Shown one piece after another: positions 58,047 to 64,000 of a stretch of DNA of 64,000 nucleotides. Under the pieces are notes generated by a model. It saw nothing but the letters and a program-made list of their open reading frames with translations. It did not search any database and was not told the DNA's origin. This DNA is from an uncultured Actinomycetes bacterium (GTDB taxonomy: Bacteria > Actinomycetota > Thermoleophilia > RBG-16-64-13). Every line of letters starts with the position of its first letter. The first letter of the stretch is position 1. Made by a program: the position numbers and the translations under genes. The DNA lies in NCBI GenBank assembly GCA_963706025.1, contig CAVPLM010000005.1, positions 384,001-448,000 of the forward strand. The letters are read 5' to 3'.

Positions 58047-58183
58047 GGTCCTAAGCGCAGAGTCTCTCTGGACGCGTCCAGAGCCCCGAGGACGCGATGA
58101 GAGCGACAGGGTAGGGTGCAGCATCCCCTGTTTTGGGCGCACCTATTGGCCCAACGGACGAAAGCCCCCCGGAGCCTGTGACG

Positions 58184-59063
58184 TTAGATGGGCGGGTTAC
58201 AGACCTTGCAGGGAGTGTAGCCCTGGGCTTTGGCTTCGCTCAGGCTGATGGCTATCTTGCTTTCCTCCAGATACCGGCACCCGTCGCGGTGATACTTGGT
58301 GCCGGTCGCGGTGATGTAGACGGTCGGCCCCCCTGAGGGCAGGGTTGTGGTCGTAGTGGGAGCGATTGCGGTCGTCGTTGAACCGGGTATGTGGGTCGTC
58401 GAGGTAGTGGAACCCGTGCCGCCGCCCTTGATGAGCAGCAGGTTGTAGAGCAGTTGGGCGCACTCCCCCCGGCTGGCGTTGGCGTATGCGTTCCAGCTGT
58501 AGGAGAGGCCTACCAGACCGTCCAGTAGGTGATTGAACTCTGCCTTCCTGATGTTGGCCCCGTGGGTGGCGTCGGAATAGTTGAGAACCCCTACCCAACC
58601 AGCCGGGGGAGCCTCAAGATCAGCCCCACCGGCTCTCACCACCATGGTTATCACCTGTTGCCGGGTGATCTCTTTGCAGGGGCCGGAAGGTATTGTCCGG
58701 ATAGCCGGTGGTGAGACCGGTTCGCGCCGCAACCGCGATGTAGTTGTCAGGGTAGAGCGGATCGATGGAATCGACGGGTAGGACATCCTTGAAGGGGCAG
58801 ACGTCGTCTTCTGTGGTCTGGAAGCCCATGGTAAGGACGATCATCTTGGCGAACTGCTGACGCTTGACCAGATCCTCCGGTCCGAAGTTGCCGTTCGCAT
58901 ACCCACCGATGATGCCCCGCGCGGAGAGCTCGGTGATGGCGGTGACATACGGATGAGTAGAAGGAACGTCCGGGAACAAGCCGGAAGCAAGCGCCGGTAC
59001 GACGATGAGCACTACTGCCGCCAGACTCAGAAGAATCCCGGTGACCCACCGTCTTGCGCGCAT
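58184..59063 (-). CDS. Secreted SLH-domain protein with C-terminal Cys/His metal-binding domain; +1 insertion near 58680
   Basis: Signal peptide, FPDV...HPY..AI, GII.GY.NG.FGP...V.RQQ, GYPDNTFRP|.KEITRQQ, ASRGE.AQLL, Thr linker, VYIT.TG.KYH..GCRYL...A...GY.PCKVC.P. Confidence 0.8.
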
Positions 59064-59212
59064 GTGCGATTCCCCCTGTCTAGCGATTGAGCAAACTGTA
59101 GAGCACTACGCAGACCTCGCCCCGAGTCGCGGGAGTGAGAAGCGTATGCGCTTTACCGGCCGTTCGCTCGGGTACGTAGTGGTGGAGGATCGGCTCCTCT
59201 CACCGGAATCAC

Positions 59213-61249
59213 TCAGGGCCGTTTGCCGTCGAACCTGTAGCGCGTCTCCCCGCTCCACTGGAGTTCAACCTCCAGATACCCGTTGTTCACCTTGCCGATG
59301 ATGGTTATGGGGAAGCCCTCGGGCGGGCTGGTGGTTGCCCGCACGCCGCCGGGGGTATCGGCGGGCTCGAAGTAGACCACCTCGTAGACGGTCTTGCTCG
59401 TCCCCTTTCCCATGATCACCCCGTCCTTGTCCACAGTGCCGGCAAAGCTCATGGTTTGCTGGCACCGCTCCCGGACGAACACGTTCCCTTGCCAGGTGCG
59501 GACCTGTTCGACCACGTCCGTGTTTACAGCCGTGCCTGTTACCGCACCGTCTCTTATCTCTACCCGGGCCACTGAGTCGAGCGTCTCCTTCACGGGGCCG
59601 GTGCCCACCGGAACGTGACGCCAGATCTCCGCTCCGACATACTTGCCGTTGAACGACTGGACCGGCTGCTCGTCCACGTCCTGTTGATCGGCACCGCCCT
59701 CACCTTCCCCGCTGCCGGGAGCCGACCCGTCATCGCCGCCCGGGGTCGCTCCGTCTGCGCCACTGTCAGGGGTCTGGTCGGCGCCAGAAGGCGGCCCGGC
59801 CGCGACCGGCGGAACCTGACCGGCGGCCCGAGCGAGAACCGCACCACCGAGACGCGCCCCACACTCGTCGGCCACGCCCTTGTCCCGGTCCGGGACATCC
59901 CCCGCAAAGATGCCAAGCCCGGCACGCAACACCGCCTCTCCCGCGGCAGCGACATTGCCTGAGTTGATCCACTCATAGCCCCAGGCTCCAGCGACAGCGG
60001 CGGCGAAGATATGGTAGAGAGAGCCCATCTTGTCCAGGCGTCCACTCGGGTTGGCCGGGTCTGCTTGACGCCAGGGCTCCAGGTGGGCGACAGGTTGGCC
60101 GGTGAGGGGAGGGACCGGCTTCGGGGCAATGGGCATCTTGCTGTCGTCGAGTTTGCCAGGATCGGCGAATTCCCGTCCCAAATAGGCGAGGTTCTTGAGG
60201 TAGTTGTGGGCGGCCAGGAGACCCATGGGCACGTTTCCGCCATTGGCGTCGATGGCGATCTTCAGTACTTGGGCGGGTGTGAGCGGGGTGCTGCTGTCAA
60301 GAACCTGCCGGTTGATCGTGGCCATGGAGTCTCTGGTGTAGTCCCAGAACTCGGGCCATTGGTCCTGCATCTGCTGTGCGGGATCTGAGGCATCGGCGAG
60401 GTAGCGGCCTAAGCGATAGCCGCTGTAGCCATCCGGCAGAGAGAAGTCGGTGTATCCGGCGATGGCAGTCTGCAGCTCTTGGCACATCTCCTCCTGGGTG
60501 CGCGTAGGAGAAACGTATTCTCCGCTCTCGTCTAGACCGTAGAAGTCGCGGGTCGATTGGTCCGCTTGGGTCATCACCCATCCTTGGTGTACTTGCTCCT
60601 GGACTCCGACAGAAAACGCGCCCGGGATGCCCCAGTTGGTCCATTTGCCGAGCATCCAGCCCTTCTCTACGAGCCACTCGATTCCGGCCGGGAGGAAGGT
60701 GATCAGGGTCTTGGAGAAGTGGGAGATCTCAACCCTGGTCGTATCGCCGGGCGGTACTTCTACCTGTGCCCACACACCGTCCTTGAGCATGGCTACTGCG
60801 CTCACCTCAGTGGGGAAAGGGATTTCCAAGATAACGGGCTGATCGAGGATAGAGTAATCGCGGTCGGTCTCGATTGCATAGGTGCGGGCCAGGCCCAGCC
60901 GTGAATCGAAGTAGTTCAAGGCCAATCCCACAATGGTCACGGTCAGTGAGGTGTCCTCCGAAAAGGCCTCAACCGGTACGATGACCGTGGCGCCATCTGC
61001 AAGGTTAAGCTCGCCGCCAGCGGAGTCGAAGTCGGCTGATACGGGGGGGGCTTCGATGGCCGCCAGGTCTCCGAATACAGCCAGCTCGGGAGCGACCTTT
61101 GCAGCCGTCAATTGACCGTCTTCGTCAGAGGTACCACCCGATCCACCGCAGCCGCACAGGCTGAGGAGCCCGAAACCAAGGAAGACAAGGAGCACGGCTG
61201 TTGCCAGATTCAAAGCGAGAGTACGTAAGAAGAATCTGCGCTCTGCCAT
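59213..61249 (-). CDS. Lipoprotein with ZU5-like domain and HFS motif, unknown helical domain and C-terminal beta domain
   Basis: Lipobox LCGC; GG.L...DGA.V.VP..A...PV.LEIP...W...VEISHFS; then LAAHNYLKN, DKMGSLYHIF, ADECGARLG; G/D/P linker. Confidence 0.7.
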   Translation of the reverse strand: MAERRFFLRTLALNLATAVLLVFLGFGLLSLCGCGGSGGTSDEDGQLTAAKVAPELAVFGDLAAIEAPPVSADFDSAGGELNLADGATVIVPVEAFSEDTSLTVTIVGLALNYFDSRLGLARTYAIETDRDYSILDQPVILEIPFPTEVSAVAMLKDGVWAQVEVPPGDTTRVEISHFSKTLITFLPAGIEWLVEKGWMLGKWTNWGIPGAFSVGVQEQVHQGWVMTQADQSTRDFYGLDESGEYVSPTRTQEEMCQELQTAIAGYTDFSLPDGYSGYRLGRYLADASDPAQQMQDQWPEFWDYTRDSMATINRQVLDSSTPLTPAQVLKIAIDANGGNVPMGLLAAHNYLKNLAYLGREFADPGKLDDSKMPIAPKPVPPLTGQPVAHLEPWRQADPANPSGRLDKMGSLYHIFAAAVAGAWGYEWINSGNVAAAGEAVLRAGLGIFAGDVPDRDKGVADECGARLGGAVLARAAGQVPPVAAGPPSGADQTPDSGADGATPGGDDGSAPGSGEGEGGADQQDVDEQPVQSFNGKYVGAEIWRHVPVGTGPVKETLDSVARVEIRDGAVTGTAVNTDVVEQVRTWQGNVFVRERCQQTMSFAGTVDKDGVIMGKGTSKTVYEVVYFEPADTPGGVRATTSPPEGFPITIIGKVNNGYLEVELQWSGETRYRFDGKRP

Positions 61250-61620
61250 CGTCGTCTACCCCCTGAGGCGCACCACGCCGGATCCAGGACGAGCTCAATC
61301 TAGCATGGGGCTCTTGGCACGTACAGTCGCTCAATGGAGGCAGGCAGTTCAGGGTGATCCACCACACCACGCAAGGATGCCCTCAAAAGAGGAAGCGAAC
61401 ACTATGACCTCGTGGTGTTCGTAGCAGCTTCGAGTTTCCTGACCCCTCCCGCCTGACGACTGCGCGTTGCGCAAGTTCGGAGCCGGGAGCCGTGTACTAC
61501 GGCCCGATGGCTCCCCAGGTTCTTGGGTTCCGCGGCGCACCGTGGGAATGCCTCCTGAGCCCAAGTAGCACGCCGAGCGGGGAAACCCCCGTCTCCGCTC
61601 TTGGTGTCAGGTCGCAACGG

Positions 61621-61830
61621 CTACGAGGCCCGGAGGATTGCGGCCAACTCAGCTATGTCCAACTCGTTCACAGCCGTGGCAAAGCGATTCCTTGCGCCGA
61701 TAGAACCACCCTGGGCCCGCTTCTTGAGGGCCCGGGTCAGAGAAGCAAGAAGACGCCCCGCCTGTTCCTTGTTGTCCACACCGGGCTGCAACACCACGCG
61801 GTCTATCTGGACGCCATTCATGTAAATCAA
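61621..61830 (-). CDS. Short hypothetical ORF or gene remnant
   Basis: 69 aa of plausible globular composition inside the island; no SD or family recognised. Confidence 0.3.
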   Translation of the reverse strand: MIYMNGVQIDRVVLQPGVDNKEQAGRLLASLTRALKKRAQGGSIGARNRFATAVNELDIAELAAILRAS

Positions 61831-61847
61831 GAGGTAGCCAGCCGGTC

Positions 61848-62153
61848 GAGAAGCAGCGCCGTTCAGGTTCTCTCCGTACTGTCCAGGGCTACTCCAGCAT
61901 GCTCCAGGACTCCTTCGGCCGAGTCGGCAAAGCCCCAGATAAGGTCACGGTTCAGGAGGTCTTTGTCTGGGCCCATGGCAAGGGAGTCTCGGGCAAAGAC
62001 CCCTCCCCGGTCACCATCGGCGTCCGCATAGCCCGTCTATCTTCCTTCTACCGCTTCCTGCAACGGATGGACGTCGTCATCAGCAACCCCTGTGACAAGC
62101 TGGAGAGACCGCGGACTACCAGTACCACCGCCCGGGGACCTCTCCTACCTTAG
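61848..62153 (+). pseudogene. Fragment of a second tyrosine integrase (core-binding/SAM-like domain)
   Basis: EKQRRSGSLRTVQGY...SPVTI..RIARLSSFYRFL......NPCDKLERPR, then stop; no catalytic domain. Confidence 0.7.
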
Positions 62154-62383
62154 CCGCCCCCGCGAGGAGGGGAATCCGACCCTGCTGTAGATGCTGCTCT
62201 ACCGTGCGTCGCTTCGAAGCACCCGAAGCGAGGGTTCTGGGCTCTATGGAGCCACGAAGAGTGCGTGGAGCGATTCTCGAAACCCACTACCAGTCGCGCT
62301 CGACCGGAGCAATACCGACACGGTAGTAGAACCCCAACTGCTCCCACAGACGAGCAAACAAAGCGCGGTTCTCCCGCTCCACC

Positions 62384-63274
62384 TTGACTAGCGGATGGAC
62401 GTGCAGGGCGCCGCTGACGGCCGATGACGTGGAAGCCTTCTGCAATCGGGCACTCAAGACCGGCCGCGTCGTGAAGCCGACAAAGGACACCGACAGGCCC
62501 GACGCTGAGGCGGCGCCACCGGATACCACCCTCTCGCCGCGTACCGTCCAATACTGCCACGCGGTACTACGCATGGTCCTGCAGACGGCCCTCAGACGGC
62601 GCCTGGTGCATCAGAACGTGGCCGCCTTGGCATCAGCGCCCAAGGTATCCCGCGAGCCCGTGCGGCCCTTCACGGTGGAAGAGTCCAAGCAGTTCATCGA
62701 GAAGGCGGCCGGCGAGCCCCTCGAGGCCCTCTACGTGGTCCCCTTGGTGCGGGGCTTGCGCCGCGGTGAGGTATTCGGCTTGTGTTGGGAAGACGTGGAT
62801 TCGGAAGAAGGGCGGCTATGGGTCCGCCATGCTCTGCAGCGGCAAGCGAAGAAGGGCCTGGTCATGGTAGAGCCCAAGTCGCGCTCCAGCCGGCGCCCGC
62901 TCGCCCTACCCCCGTTCGTGGTGACAGTGCTCAAGGATCACCGCAAGCGACAGATGGAGCAGCGCCTCGCTATGGGCCGCAAGTGGCAGGACTCCGGCCA
63001 CGTGATTGTGATGGAGAATGGACGCCCCATGTCGCCCGACTTCGGCTACAAAGAGTTCTCAGCGTTCCTCGAGCGGGCGGAGCTCCGGCACGTACGCTTT
63101 CACGATCTGCGCCACTCCTGCGCGTCCCTACTGTTCGCGCAAGGCTGCAGCCTGCGTCTGGTCAAAGAGATCCTCGGGCACTCGCAGATAGCACTCACGG
63201 CGGACACCTACACGCACCTTTTGCCAGAAGCGGATCGGGAAGCGGCAGCGGCCATGCAGAACATGCTCGGCTGA
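62384..63274 (+). CDS. Phage/ICE-type tyrosine integrase, N-terminally truncated
   Basis: LSPRTV..CH..LR..L..A, GLRRGE, PKS, FHDLRH, ILGHS, TYTH catalytic set; no clear start or SD, arm-binding domain absent. Confidence 0.85.
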   Translation: MTSGWTCRAPLTADDVEAFCNRALKTGRVVKPTKDTDRPDAEAAPPDTTLSPRTVQYCHAVLRMVLQTALRRRLVHQNVAALASAPKVSREPVRPFTVEESKQFIEKAAGEPLEALYVVPLVRGLRRGEVFGLCWEDVDSEEGRLWVRHALQRQAKKGLVMVEPKSRSSRRPLALPPFVVTVLKDHRKRQMEQRLAMGRKWQDSGHVIVMENGRPMSPDFGYKEFSAFLERAELRHVRFHDLRHSCASLLFAQGCSLRLVKEILGHSQIALTADTYTHLLPEADREAAAAMQNMLG

Positions 63275-63327
63275 GATTGGCAACACGTTTGGCAACATTC
63301 CAAGAGGGAAGTATTGCTGTTTTAGAG

Positions 63328-63401
63328 TGGGCCCAGCAGGACTCGAACCTGCGACCGGCCGATTATGAGTCGGCAGCTCTAACCAACTGAGCTATGGGCC
63401 C
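63328..63401 (-). tRNA. tRNA-Ile2(CAT, lysidine type)
   Basis: GGGCCCA acceptor, GCCGA-CTCATAA-TCGG anticodon arm; sequence resembles ileX-type rather than Met/fMet. Confidence 0.9.
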
Positions 63402-63501
63402 CGGCGAATGCTCATTCTACCGCACCGCCGCCGTCCCAGAAGCCTTCCCAGGAGCCACCCCGGGCGCCGAGCTTAGCGGGGGCGTCACTCCGGGCGTTGC
63501 G

Positions 63502-64000
63502 CTAGTCGTCGCTCTGGGCGTCGTCCAGGGCGCCGACCTTGACCTCGCGCCTCCCTGAGGCGTCCGGGCTCTCGGGGCCGCCGTCTCCGCGTGGCGTGGT
63601 CACCTTCTCGAGCACGAACACGCCGTAGGCTCCCCGCAGATTCGGCCAGAACCGAAGATGTCCCTTTTCCCCCAGATAGAAGCTGCGCACGATATCTATG
63701 CCTTGCTCGCGCGCGAACACCTGGAAGTCCTTGATGGTCAAGAAGTGGACGTTCGGTGTGTCGTACCACTGATAGGGCAAGGAGTCGGTCACCGGCGCCC
63801 TCCCGGTCACCAACAGGTCGAGGCGGGTCTTCCAGTGCCCGAAGTTGGGGAAGCTGGCCACCACGAACTGCCCTACTCTCAGGGCTTCCTTCAAGACCGC
63901 CACGGTCTCCCGCGCCTCCTGCAGGGTCTGGCTGAGGATGACGTAGTCGAAACTGTTGTCGGGGTAGTAGGAGAGTCCCTCGGTGAAATCGCCGTGGTAC
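63502..64000 (-). CDS. metW: Methionine biosynthesis protein MetW (C-terminal part; starts beyond right edge)
   Basis: D.SFDYVILSQTLQ, LRVG...SFPNFGHW..R..L...GR.PV...LPY.WYDTPNVH.LTI.DF. Confidence 0.9.
   Translation of the reverse strand, partial: YHGDFTEGLSYYPDNSFDYVILSQTLQEARETVAVLKEALRVGQFVVASFPNFGHWKTRLDLLVTGRAPVTDSLPYQWYDTPNVHFLTIKDFQVFAREQGIDIVRSFYLGEKGHLRFWPNLRGAYGVFVLEKVTTPRGDGGPESPDASGRREVKVGALDDAQSDD

Larger units (their letters stand above)
57554..63361. mobile_element. 5.8 kb integrative element in tRNA-Ile2(CAT), probably decayed
   Basis: 35-bp att repeats, tyrosine integrase next to the tRNA, second integrase fragment, surface-protein cargo. Confidence 0.88.

Noticed and set aside
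59135-59200. Possible group II intron domain V (CGTATGCG...GTACGTAGTGGTG) partnering the 50246 remnant
   Set aside because: Lacks the catalytic triad stem and correct length, and lies 9 kb away inside another element.
63328-63401. tRNA-Met or fMet call for the CAT anticodon
   Set aside because: Paired 1-72 and no GGG/CCC anticodon stem exclude fMet; overall sequence is ileX-like, though elongator Met is not fully excluded.

Overview
High-GC chromosomal window from a monoderm bacterium. Gene content (PilMNO without PilQ, SLH protein, actinobacterial-style arg operon, Firmicute-like xerD-deoB-punA and L20 leader) suggests a deep-branching Actinomycetota lineage such as Thermoleophilia; this is inference, to be checked with the 16S. 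Bases 1-48.6 kb are almost all minus-strand housekeeping: xerD/deoB-PNP, pyrG, recN, nadK, tlyA, dxs, nusB, efp, aro genes, pilD-pilMNO, dapA, one complete 16S-23S-5S operon, tyrS, argCJBFRGH, pheST, infC-rpmI-rplT, thrS. From 48.6 kb the region is accessory. It has (i) an islet between tRNA-Val and tRNA-Cys/Gly with SHOCT and DUF4177 proteins, an orphan DnaB-like ATPase, a HIRAN protein and a group IIC intron 5' remnant right behind a terminator; (ii) a Nif3-RNase HI fusion gene; (iii) a 5.8 kb integrative element in tRNA-Ile2(CAT) with 35-bp att repeats, a decayed integrase, an SLH protein and a lipoprotein with a ZU5/HFS-type self-cleavage motif followed by an unknown helical domain. Four single-base insertions (trmH, rpmI, thrS, SLH gene) are probably sequencing errors. 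I cannot demonstrate a complete novel system; the best leads are the HFS lipoprotein, the two gene fusions and the intron remnant. All family assignments come from motif recognition, not database searches.
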